From a virus (Duplodnaviria > Caudoviricetes): a DNA stretch of 34,859 nucleotides. The position numbers and the translations under genes were made by a program. Where the stretch lies: positions 1-34,859 of IMG/VR virus record IMGVR_UViG_3300042342_000059; one strand, written 5' to 3'. The notes beneath the pieces are model-generated. The model did not search any database. It worked only from the letters and a program-made list of their open reading frames with translations, and was not told the origin of the DNA. Below are positions 7,265-15,472 of this stretch, piece after piece (the first letter of the stretch is position 1; every line of letters starts with the position of its first letter).

Positions 7265-7482
7265 GAAAACTAAATGCTATATGGCTTCTCCTAACACATA
7301 AGGCTTACTTCGTAGCAGTATGTAAGACGGGTAAAAACGGAGACGATATGACTACCATAGGACACTACACCTATGCTATGGCAGAAACTTTGATTAACAA
7401 ACATATAGCAGACGTAGACACTTACTTAGATCAAGAAGACGCAATAGACGAAGCAAACGATATAATTAACGGAATACTATGA
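7261..7482 (+). CDS. Hypothetical protein
   Basis: ATGA-coupled at both ends. Confidence 0.6.
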   Translation: MRKLNAIWLLLTHKAYFVAVCKTGKNGDDMTTIGHYTYAMAETLINKHIADVDTYLDQEDAIDEANDIINGIL

Positions 7483-7832
7483 TATTATTATCAAGTCAAA
7501 TAGAGAGCATAGCCTCACGCAAAGACAAAACAATAAAGCTAACTTTAGCAACCCAAGAACTAAGTCCTAAAGATGCAGCTAATTTATTCCAACTTAACCA
7601 ACAGTTCTGCTACTTAGCAATTAAAGAAGAGCCATTTAGTAAAGAAGAGCAAGACATCGTAGAAAACCTTAAAGCAGACCCGGACACCTTTAAGACACCA
7701 AGCCAAAGATTAAGGGGCATCTTATACAGAACATACGAACAAGACAACGAAGGGTATAAAGATTTTAACACATATTACTTGTCAGTAATGGACAGGATAT
7801 GTCAGCACTATAAAACAAAAATAGATGGGTAG
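7479..7832 (+). CDS. Hypothetical phage protein
   Basis: KTPSQRLRGILY motif; coupled to neighbours. Confidence 0.65.
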   Translation: MILLSSQIESIASRKDKTIKLTLATQELSPKDAANLFQLNQQFCYLAIKEEPFSKEEQDIVENLKADPDTFKTPSQRLRGILYRTYEQDNEGYKDFNTYYLSVMDRICQHYKTKIDG

Positions 7833-8235
7833 GCATAAAGCAATAGAAACACCAGAGTTAATGCTTCAATACTTTACTGAGTATTGCGAGTATTGTAAAA
7901 GCAATCCTATTAAAGTTCACGATTTCGTAGGTAAAGACGGAGACGAAGTTTACAGATTAAGGGAGCGACCTTTGACAATAGAAGGCTTTGAAAACTATTG
8001 TTACAATCAAGGAATTATAAGCGATTTAGGAAGATACTTTGCCAATTTAGATAATGCTTATGAGGATTTTCGTACCATCTGTTCGCGTATTAGGAAAACA
8101 ATTAGACAAGACCAAATCGAAGGGGGTATGGCAGGGGTTTACAATCCAAGCATTACTCAGCGTTTGAATAGCTTAGTAGAGAAGTCAGAAAACAAACACG
8201 AAGTAAGTGAGATCAAAATAACTTACGATAGATAA
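7825..8235 (+). CDS. terS: Terminase small subunit (P22 gp3-like DNA-packaging protein)
   Basis: MGRHKAIETPELM..RPLTIEGF..QIEGGMAGVYNPSITQRL; immediately before TerL. Confidence 0.8.
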   Translation: MGRHKAIETPELMLQYFTEYCEYCKSNPIKVHDFVGKDGDEVYRLRERPLTIEGFENYCYNQGIISDLGRYFANLDNAYEDFRTICSRIRKTIRQDQIEGGMAGVYNPSITQRLNSLVEKSENKHEVSEIKITYDR

Positions 8236-9401
8236 TGCAGACAGTAGGCTTGAAGTTACATAACCCACACCCAGCGCAAAAGCAAGTAATTGAATGCGAT
8301 AGTAGGTTTATTGTAATGATGGCAGGGAGAAGATTTGGCAAGTCCTTGATTAGTCAAACGATTAGCATAGACACGGCAGTTAATAAAAAGCGAGTAGCTT
8401 ACATTACACCTACTTACCAATTAGGCAAAATATTCTTTAAGGAAATAGTAGACCTGTTGCCATTAGAGATATACTCTAAGAACGAAAGCGACCTGGTTAT
8501 TACTTTCATAACGGGTGGCTCAATTCGTTTCTTTACAGGGGAAAGGTTAGACAATCTTCGTGGTTTAAAGTTTCACTTAGCCGTAATAGACGAGGCTTCC
8601 TTTATACCTAACTTGGAAGACGGGTGGCTCAACTCGATAAGACCTACCTTAACTGACTATAAGGGTAAAGCTATATTTTTAAGCACCCCTAAAGGTAAAA
8701 ACTACTTCTTTAGTTTGTTTAGCAAAGCCGAACCCGATTGGCAAAGCTTTAAGTTTACGACATACGATAACCCTTACATTGATCCAAACGAAATAGACGA
8801 TGCTCGTAAGCAACTGCCAGAGGTTGTATTTGAGCAGGAGTATATGGCAAACCCTGCGGAGAACGCAGCAAACCCTTTCGGCACTCAACATATACGCAAG
8901 TGCTTACACCCGGTAACTACAATGCCGGTAGTAGCTTATGGAATTGATCTGGCGAAGTCGGTCGATTGGACTGTAATAGTAGGTTTAGACGAAGACGGGA
9001 ATGTGGCTTATTTTGACCGCTTCCAAATGGATTGGCACAATACCAAGCAAACTATCCTTAGGCTGCCTAAATGCCCTATCCTAGTCGATTCTACGGGGGT
9101 TGGAGACCCGATACTCGAAGACCTGCAAAGAGAAGGGGTAATGATACAAGGATTAAAGTTTACAAGTTCAAGTAAGCAGCAGCTAATGGAAGGGCTACAA
9201 GCTGCGATACATCAAGGTAAAATAGGCTATCCTGAGGGGATAATAAGCCAGGAGTTAGAAGTATTTGAGTATCAATACACGGCAACCGGAGTAAAGTACT
9301 CAGCACCTTCAGGCTTTCACGATGATGCGGTTGTAGGCTTGGCTTTGGCTTGGCAGAACTTCAGCCTTAAACGTGGCACGGGTAGGTATGCCTTTCTATA
9401 A
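8235..9401 (+). CDS. terL: Terminase large subunit
   Basis: Walker A AGRRFGKS, LRG..AVIDEA Walker B, STPKG, nuclease GIDLA..D and HDDAV. Confidence 0.95.
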   Translation: MQTVGLKLHNPHPAQKQVIECDSRFIVMMAGRRFGKSLISQTISIDTAVNKKRVAYITPTYQLGKIFFKEIVDLLPLEIYSKNESDLVITFITGGSIRFFTGERLDNLRGLKFHLAVIDEASFIPNLEDGWLNSIRPTLTDYKGKAIFLSTPKGKNYFFSLFSKAEPDWQSFKFTTYDNPYIDPNEIDDARKQLPEVVFEQEYMANPAENAANPFGTQHIRKCLHPVTTMPVVAYGIDLAKSVDWTVIVGLDEDGNVAYFDRFQMDWHNTKQTILRLPKCPILVDSTGVGDPILEDLQREGVMIQGLKFTSSSKQQLMEGLQAAIHQGKIGYPEGIISQELEVFEYQYTATGVKYSAPSGFHDDAVVGLALAWQNFSLKRGTGRYAFL

Positions 9402-9402
9402 A

Positions 9403-9456
9403 TGCAACAAGGTTACAAAAATAAATTTGGTGGATTGTGTAGAACTTGTATATTTG
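9403..9456 (+). promoter_or_regulatory. Bacteroidota-type promoter with upstream dyad operator
   Basis: TTTG(9426-9429)-N19-TATATTTG(9449-9456); TGCAAC-AAG-GTTACA at 9403-9417. Confidence 0.75.
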
Positions 9457-9484
9457 GTTATTATTTAATCAAAACACAAACACA

Positions 9485-9571
9485 ATGAAAAAAGAAACCG
9501 CACAACTTTTAGCCGTATTTTTAGTAGCTTGTTACCTTATTGGACAATTACAAGACATCTACTCAAAATGA
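9485..9571 (+). CDS. 28-aa hydrophobic microprotein
   Basis: MKKETAQLLAVFLVACYLIGQLQDIYSK; A/C-rich leader; ATGA-coupled to the next ORF. Confidence 0.55.
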   Translation: MKKETAQLLAVFLVACYLIGQLQDIYSK

Positions 9572-9693
9572 TCTACGCTATCTGCCTTCTGCTAATTGCG
9601 ACAGGTTTTGTAATGGCAGCATTAACTGACTATTTAATTAAACACAATGACACAAAGCGCAAAAGAATACATAGACAAGTATTACGCAAGTGA
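9568..9693 (+). CDS. 41-aa single-TM microprotein with basic tail
   Basis: MIYAICLLLIATGFVMAALTDYLIKHNDTKRKRIHRQVLRK. Confidence 0.5.
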   Translation: MIYAICLLLIATGFVMAALTDYLIKHNDTKRKRIHRQVLRK

Positions 9694-9859
9694 GCCAATT
9701 AGTATAATGATGTCTAACATTGATGCTACCTATCTGGAGATACTTACCTACTGCAACGATAAGGGTTACGAACCTGCAAAGCGTAGATTAAGGAAACCAG
9801 AACATAAGTCACAAATTGGCTTTTTTGACATTGAGAATTACAAACCCGAAACAATATGA
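9647..9859 (+). CDS. Hypothetical protein (possible small HTH)
   Basis: A-rich start context; ATGA overlap with the next ORF. Confidence 0.55.
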   Translation: MTQSAKEYIDKYYASEPISIMMSNIDATYLEILTYCNDKGYEPAKRRLRKPEHKSQIGFFDIENYKPETI

Positions 9860-10413
9860 GTTTTTATTTTGATGATGATGGATATTTTGGTATTCCAAGA
9901 ATATCAGTTAATAGAACAGAACCATATAAACTACAAATAAACAAACCAATGGAACTACAACAAATCTTCGAAACAACAAAAGAGCAAAGGAATGAGTTTA
10001 CCTATCAATTAATTGAACGCTTAAACGCGGGGGAACTTGATCCGTTAAAAACACATCTACAAGTTAAAGCCTTAGAGGATATGCTCGAAACCCTAAAGGC
10101 AAACAAGGACTACAAAGATGCGGTATTACAAGCAGCCGTTCTTAATGGCAAGGACTTTGAGTATATGAGTGCAAAGTTTAACATTCGCGAGGTCGGAGTT
10201 AAGTACGATTATAGCAAATGCGAAAGCCCACAATACGAGGAAATTATGGCCGAGTACAATAGCGCAGCCAAAGCCAAAAAGGATATGGAAGAGTTCCTTA
10301 AGAAAGTGCCACATCAAGGACTTGATATTATAAACGGAGTTACTGGCGAGGTTACCAAAGTTTACCCCCCTGCCAAGAGTAGCACAACAAGTGTAGCCGT
10401 ATCTCTAAAGTAA
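9856..10413 (+). CDS. Hypothetical coiled-coil phage protein (Gp157/Gam-like architecture); alternative start at 9949
   Basis: Helical N-terminus, VGVKYDYSKC, C-terminal TGEVTKVYPPAKSSTTSVAVSLK. Confidence 0.55.
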   Translation: MSFYFDDDGYFGIPRISVNRTEPYKLQINKPMELQQIFETTKEQRNEFTYQLIERLNAGELDPLKTHLQVKALEDMLETLKANKDYKDAVLQAAVLNGKDFEYMSAKFNIREVGVKYDYSKCESPQYEEIMAEYNSAAKAKKDMEEFLKKVPHQGLDIINGVTGEVTKVYPPAKSSTTSVAVSLK

Positions 10414-10508
10414 TAAAAATATTATACTTCTTTACAATTTGCTTACCTTTGTTTGCAGTAGCTTACATCGGTGGGCATCTTGTATATATTATAAAACAAT
10501 TAAAATGA
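10413..10508 (+). CDS. 31-codon hydrophobic micro-ORF with ATA start (non-canonical start or pseudogene)
   Basis: IKILYFFTICLPLFAVAYIGGHLVYIIKQLK; TAATA junction where TAATG is expected; ATGA-coupled downstream. Confidence 0.35.
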   Translation: MKILYFFTICLPLFAVAYIGGHLVYIIKQLK

Positions 10509-10585
10509 TACTTTTACCATTCGCAATAATTATAGTAATTTTAGCTATAATTGAAGTTAGGGATATGTACAACCAAACGAAATGA
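10505..10585 (+). CDS. 26-aa single-TM microprotein
   Basis: MILLPFAIIIVILAIIEVRDMYNQTK; ATGA overlaps on both sides. Confidence 0.55.
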   Translation: MILLPFAIIIVILAIIEVRDMYNQTK

Positions 10586-10698
10586 TAGTAGCAATAATAT
10601 GTTCTTTAATCTCAGCAACCATTATATCAATAGTATGGGTTCGATTAATAGATCAAAGCAATAAGATACTTGAACAAGACAAAAAAGAAAACAAATGA
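10582..10698 (+). CDS. 38-aa single-TM microprotein
   Basis: MIVAIICSLISATIISIVWVRLIDQSNKILEQDKKENK; ATGA overlaps on both sides. Confidence 0.55.
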   Translation: MIVAIICSLISATIISIVWVRLIDQSNKILEQDKKENK

Positions 10699-11387
10699 CT
10701 TGGAACGAATTAACGATTTGGCAGTACCAACAGATTTATCCAATAGTTACTAAGCCTGAAAAGGATTGGACTAACTTAGACGTGGAAAGTAAGTTAGTAG
10801 GTATAATCTACAATCTAACCGACACCCAGGTCGATAGCCTATCTATTCAGCAATTCAATAATCTAAGGGCAACACTTAGCTTTTTAGACGATAAGATTGA
10901 AGGTAAGCCGGTTAAGTACACGGAAGTAAACGGCAAACGATACCGGTTTGTTTATGATGTGCAGCAAATCAAAGCAGCCAGATATATCGAAAGCAAGGTA
11001 TTTAGCACCGACTTAATTAACAACTTGCATAAGTTAGCAGCCTCAATGGTTATGCCTCAGCGCAAAACTTGGTATGGCAGATGGGTAGACGATACCTATG
11101 ATGCAGCAAAGCATAGCGAGTATGCAGCCGACCTACAAGCCTCGAACTTTGTTCACGTTTATCATTCGGTTGTTTTTTTTTATCAAGTATACAGAAACTG
11201 GATCGAGGTTTCTCAGGCTTATTTGATACAGGAAATGATGTCGAAGGGAATGAGTCCGGAGTCAGCGCAAGAGGCGGTTCAAATTTTATGCAGCACTTTG
11301 GATGGCAATATTGCGCCAAATCTGTTGCCGACCACGAAAATATCACAGTTGACCAAAGCTATGAACTTTCAACAATCCAGTTCCTAA
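10695..11387 (+). CDS. Putative tail assembly chaperone, unshifted product
   Basis: MTWNELTIWQYQQ start; T9 slippery run at 11173-11181 (VVFFY). Confidence 0.6.
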   Translation: MTWNELTIWQYQQIYPIVTKPEKDWTNLDVESKLVGIIYNLTDTQVDSLSIQQFNNLRATLSFLDDKIEGKPVKYTEVNGKRYRFVYDVQQIKAARYIESKVFSTDLINNLHKLAASMVMPQRKTWYGRWVDDTYDAAKHSEYAADLQASNFVHVYHSVVFFYQVYRNWIEVSQAYLIQEMMSKGMSPESAQEAVQILCSTLDGNIAPNLLPTTKISQLTKAMNFQQSSS

Positions 11388-11452
11388 ATACACTTAGTTA
11401 CCTGAAGGCTAAAGCCGATTACGATAAAGAGCAACATAGGAAACTTAAATAA
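10695..11452 (+). CDS. Putative -1 frameshift product (about 252 aa, gpGT-like)
   Basis: The -1 frame after T-TTT-TTT reads FFLSSIQKLDRGFSGLF..FMQHFGWQY..LSTIQFLNTLSYLKAKADYDKEQHRKLK and stops at 11450-11452, just before a terminator hairpin. Confidence 0.65.
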
Positions 11453-11458
11453 TAGACA

Positions 11459-11492
11459 AGCCCTGCCAATTTTGGTGGGGTTAGTTATTTTT
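11459..11492 (+). terminator. Putative intrinsic terminator
   Basis: AGCCCTGCCAA/TTGGTGGGGTT hairpin with G-U pairs, then an interrupted T-rich tract. Confidence 0.5.
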
Positions 11493-11515
11493 AGACCTTC
11501 CTTATATTTATTAGC

Positions 11516-12196
11516 GTGAGTATATCAAAGGCGCAAATACAAGCATTAAGGGAAGGCTTTTTAAAAAGCATAGGCGATACGGGCTTTGGAAAGGTTAAGG
11601 AAGGCGATTTACCTGTATTAGAGGAAACATTGTCTTTATACGGACAAGCCTTTAATGATGCCCTAATCAATATATTAGATCAAGAAAATATAACAAGTTC
11701 TGGTAAGTTAGCAGAACCGGCAATCGGTATTGTAACTAAATTTGGAAACAGTTACGTTTTAAGTTTAGGTTACGAACCAGGAAGCGAACAAGACAAATAC
11801 TTTAGGTTTGTCAATAAAGGGGTTAAGGGTACAAACAATACAAAGGCAGATGCTAAAACGCCTTATTCGTTCAAGACAAGTAGCAAGTCAATTCCGGTTA
11901 ATGTAATAGAAAAATGGCTTAGTTATAATAAGCTAAAATCGGTAGCCGTTAAGAAGTACACAAAACTTGGAGCGGAAAGCAAAGCAATACAAGGCAAAAA
12001 ATCTTTAGCTTGGGCGATAGCAAAAAGCATACATACTAAAGGACTTAGGTCTACACACTATTTTGACAGAGCAGTAGCCCAAATATTTAATAAAGAATTT
12101 ATTGAAAATATAGCAGTCGCAGTAGGTGGCGATGTATTAATTCAAATAAAGCAAACAGTAAACGAAAGCAAGAATGGCAATAACAATAACAAGTAG
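11516..12196 (+). CDS. Tail completion / virion morphogenesis protein (HK97 gp10-like)
   Basis: SSGKL..YFRFVNKGVKG..LAWAIAKSIHTKGLRSTHYF; GTG start after the late-promoter motif. Confidence 0.55.
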   Translation: MSISKAQIQALREGFLKSIGDTGFGKVKEGDLPVLEETLSLYGQAFNDALINILDQENITSSGKLAEPAIGIVTKFGNSYVLSLGYEPGSEQDKYFRFVNKGVKGTNNTKADAKTPYSFKTSSKSIPVNVIEKWLSYNKLKSVAVKKYTKLGAESKAIQGKKSLAWAIAKSIHTKGLRSTHYFDRAVAQIFNKEFIENIAVAVGGDVLIQIKQTVNESKNGNNNNK

Positions 12197-13388
12197 CCCT
12201 GCACCTTATTCGTCAATGCACGATAACCTTTGGTTTGTTTCAAGTTCTACTAATAGCGGAACTACAAACTTTAAATTCGTGTATGATGTATACATTAACG
12301 GAAGCCAAGTAATTAGATCAAAGGTATTCCCTGCGCCAAGTGCAGAAGGTAGCTATGGCGTGTTTAACGCATCTCCAATGGTAAGAAGTTTTGTAACTAA
12401 CTATTTCGAGCCTTCAGGGAACTCAATACTTGTAGCTTCAAACGATAAGATTAAAGTAGATTACCAAGTAAGGATAGGCGAAGAGGTTAGCGGTGTTACT
12501 ACTACCAACTTAGCATCTGGCAGCTACTCAGCTTACAACTTTGTACCGCCATTGTTTGCCGATGTATTCTTAACAAAGAACAATACACCTTTAGTGTTAT
12601 CGGACTATTACGATAATTTACTATTGGAAAACTTTACGGACGATTTTTTAACGGAGCGTGATACGGATAACATAACGCTTGAATACGGAGATAACTTTTA
12701 CATTACCTTCCTACGCATAGCAACGGGCGGTTACTCTGCTTGGGTTGAAGTATTAGGCGAAGGCGACGTGGTTACTAATACAGTAAGCGGAGACATCACG
12801 TTAAGCGGACAATTCAATATGTTTAACCTACAAGCAGGACACATAAACGATTGGGCATCGGGAACTATAATTACCGAGAATACATACGGCTACAACTTCT
12901 ATTTAAAAAGAGGTGGCGCACAAACAAGGGTAATAAAATTAAGACATAAGTGCTACCCTAAATACCAACAATTTAACTTAGAGTTTCTAAATAGATTAGG
13001 CGGTTGGGACACTAAAAAATTCGCTTTAGTAAATAGAAGGTCAAGCGAGTATCAAAGGGCATCATACAGGCGAAGCGACTGGCAACTTGTAGGTGGGCAA
13101 ATGACAAATATAGATGGATATAACAGATATAACGAAACAACTTTCAACTATGCTATTCAGCATAAAGATAAATATAGGCTTACTTCTGATTGGGTTAGCG
13201 AACAAGATTATTCGTGGTTGGCTCAACTTGTATCGAGTCCTATTGTGTATATGGAAGTACTTGGTGCTTACTTCCCTGTTACCATAAGCACGAGCAATTA
13301 TGAGTACAAGTTAGAGAGCGCGGACAAACTATTTAACTTTGAGATTGAAATAGAAGTAGGCAAATACTTAACAAGCCAATTCAGATAA
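12174..13388 (+). CDS. Structural tail tip protein (distal-tail-like)
   Basis: Beta-rich; C-terminal FLNRLGGWDT..LTSDWVSE..LVSSPIVY; position before the hub-like gene. Confidence 0.5.
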   Translation: MAITITSSPAPYSSMHDNLWFVSSSTNSGTTNFKFVYDVYINGSQVIRSKVFPAPSAEGSYGVFNASPMVRSFVTNYFEPSGNSILVASNDKIKVDYQVRIGEEVSGVTTTNLASGSYSAYNFVPPLFADVFLTKNNTPLVLSDYYDNLLLENFTDDFLTERDTDNITLEYGDNFYITFLRIATGGYSAWVEVLGEGDVVTNTVSGDITLSGQFNMFNLQAGHINDWASGTIITENTYGYNFYLKRGGAQTRVIKLRHKCYPKYQQFNLEFLNRLGGWDTKKFALVNRRSSEYQRASYRRSDWQLVGGQMTNIDGYNRYNETTFNYAIQHKDKYRLTSDWVSEQDYSWLAQLVSSPIVYMEVLGAYFPVTISTSNYEYKLESADKLFNFEIEIEVGKYLTSQFR

Positions 13389-15469
13389 TGATTAGTACAG
13401 AGATATACATCGAGGAACAAAAGATTGATCTATTGCAGGATATATCTACAGAGTTCACTTATGCGATTGACGATGTGAGTGAGTTTGGTAGTCGCAATAC
13501 TTCTTTTAGTAAGACAATAAGCATACCAGGAACGGCAAACAACAACCTAATCTTTGGTTACATCTTTGAACTTAACAACGCAAACGTTACTGTTAATTCT
13601 TTACCAAACGTAGGTTATAACTACAACGTAACTAAACAAGCTAACTGCAAAATTTTTATTGATAAGGTGCAGATATTCAAAGGCACCTTAAGAATATTGG
13701 AGATAGTAATAGACAAAGAAACTATTGAATACCAGTGCAGCGTGTTTGGGGAATTAGGTGGGTTTATTAACCAATTAGGCAATAGGCGTTTAGAAGATTT
13801 AAACTTTGATGCTTATGACCATACTTATAGCGTAGCCAATATTAGTGCGAGTTGGGATAACCCTGGCGGTTCTGGATATTACTATCCGCTTATTGATTAC
13901 GGAAGTGTTAGCACGGGTACAGGTTCAACAGGACCAGGAGCATACGGAGTTGCTAAAAAGGACTTTCAATACACAACGTTTCGACCTGCTTTGTATGTTA
14001 AGGAATATATAGATAAGATATTTGCAGGAACAGATTATACTTTTGATTGCTCGTTCTTTGATACGCCTTTATTTAAAAGGCTTATCATACCTAATAACCA
14101 AACAAACATTACTGCGTTAAATAATACCAGTATGAGTGCAAGTGCTATTAATAGAACTATGCTATTAACAAGCGACCCTTACGTTCAATATACTTTAGTA
14201 ACAATAGGTAGCTTTGCTATTGACGGCACTAATACTTTATTTACTTATTCTGGCGCAACGCTAACTACTAATATACAGATTACCTTAACAGGCTTTGTAA
14301 ACATATTTGACCCACCGCAGCCTACATATACTGTAATACTTAGAAAAAACGGAGTACAAATCGGCTCACAAGATTTTGATGCGAGTGTTACAAGAATGCT
14401 TAATTGTAATTTTACTGTTCAAGGTATTACTTTTAATAGTGCAGATACTATGCAAGTAGAAATACTTGGTACGTTAATGCAGATTGAAATATTTACGGGT
14501 AATGTAGGAGTTACTACAAGCACACCAACACAAGTACAAATTAACTTAGGCGAAACTATTAAGGTAAGCCAAACAATCCCTAAAGGTATATTTCAAAGAG
14601 ATTTCTTTTTGAGCATTGTTAAGATGTTTAACCTTTATGTTTATGAGAATAAGTTTAATGACAAGGAACTTGTTATTAGTCCGTATGTGGACTTTTATCC
14701 TGAGAAGTCGGCTGAAGCATTGGATTGGACTAACAAAGTAGACAGGGCAAAGCCTATAAGTATTAAGCCAATGAGTGAGGTTAATGCTCGTTACTATAAC
14801 TATAAGTTCAAGCAAGACAATGACTTCTATAACGAAAACTATCGTAAGAAGTATACAGAAGGTTATGGCGATTTAATATACGATACTGAGTTTGACTTTG
14901 TAAAAGAAACCGATGTTTTAGAAGTTATCTTTGCAGCATCTGTACTTTATCAAGCAACAGGACAAGACAAAGTATTCCCTGCAATATATAAGAAGTCGAA
15001 TACAAATAGTGCAGAGGACAGAATGGATAGCATCATTCGTATAATGCAGACAAAGAAGATTTCAAGCGTAACAAGTTGGGACATTATGAATACTACAACT
15101 GTGTTAGGTAGCTTTACAAGTTATGGTTATGCAGGACATTTAGACGATCCAATTAATTCTAATACTGACATTAATTTTGGTGCGCCTAAAGAGATACAAT
15201 TTGCACCTTCTAATTTTACGGAGTTTAATTTATTTGCTGACTTCCATAGCCCATACCTTGCTGAGATTACAAACAAGGATAGTAAGCTATTAACTTGCTT
15301 TGGACTTTTAGACATAGTAGACATTTTCAATTTAGATTTTAGCAAGTATGTTTATATAGACGGGGTTTTGTTTAGGCTTAACAAAGTCGAAAACTTTAAC
15401 CCAATGGAATACAACACAACTAAACTATCGTTTTTAAAAGTAATTAATACACGATACCCAATAATTTAA
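13388..15469 (+). CDS. Tail hub / baseplate-like structural protein
   Basis: SFSKTISIPGTANNNLIF, YYYPLIDYG, FRPALYVK, DFFLSIVKMFNL; 693 aa next to the tape measure. Confidence 0.55.
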   Translation: MISTEIYIEEQKIDLLQDISTEFTYAIDDVSEFGSRNTSFSKTISIPGTANNNLIFGYIFELNNANVTVNSLPNVGYNYNVTKQANCKIFIDKVQIFKGTLRILEIVIDKETIEYQCSVFGELGGFINQLGNRRLEDLNFDAYDHTYSVANISASWDNPGGSGYYYPLIDYGSVSTGTGSTGPGAYGVAKKDFQYTTFRPALYVKEYIDKIFAGTDYTFDCSFFDTPLFKRLIIPNNQTNITALNNTSMSASAINRTMLLTSDPYVQYTLVTIGSFAIDGTNTLFTYSGATLTTNIQITLTGFVNIFDPPQPTYTVILRKNGVQIGSQDFDASVTRMLNCNFTVQGITFNSADTMQVEILGTLMQIEIFTGNVGVTTSTPTQVQINLGETIKVSQTIPKGIFQRDFFLSIVKMFNLYVYENKFNDKELVISPYVDFYPEKSAEALDWTNKVDRAKPISIKPMSEVNARYYNYKFKQDNDFYNENYRKKYTEGYGDLIYDTEFDFVKETDVLEVIFAASVLYQATGQDKVFPAIYKKSNTNSAEDRMDSIIRIMQTKKISSVTSWDIMNTTTVLGSFTSYGYAGHLDDPINSNTDINFGAPKEIQFAPSNFTEFNLFADFHSPYLAEITNKDSKLLTCFGLLDIVDIFNLDFSKYVYIDGVLFRLNKVENFNPMEYNTTKLSFLKVINTRYPII

Positions 15470-15472
15470 GAT

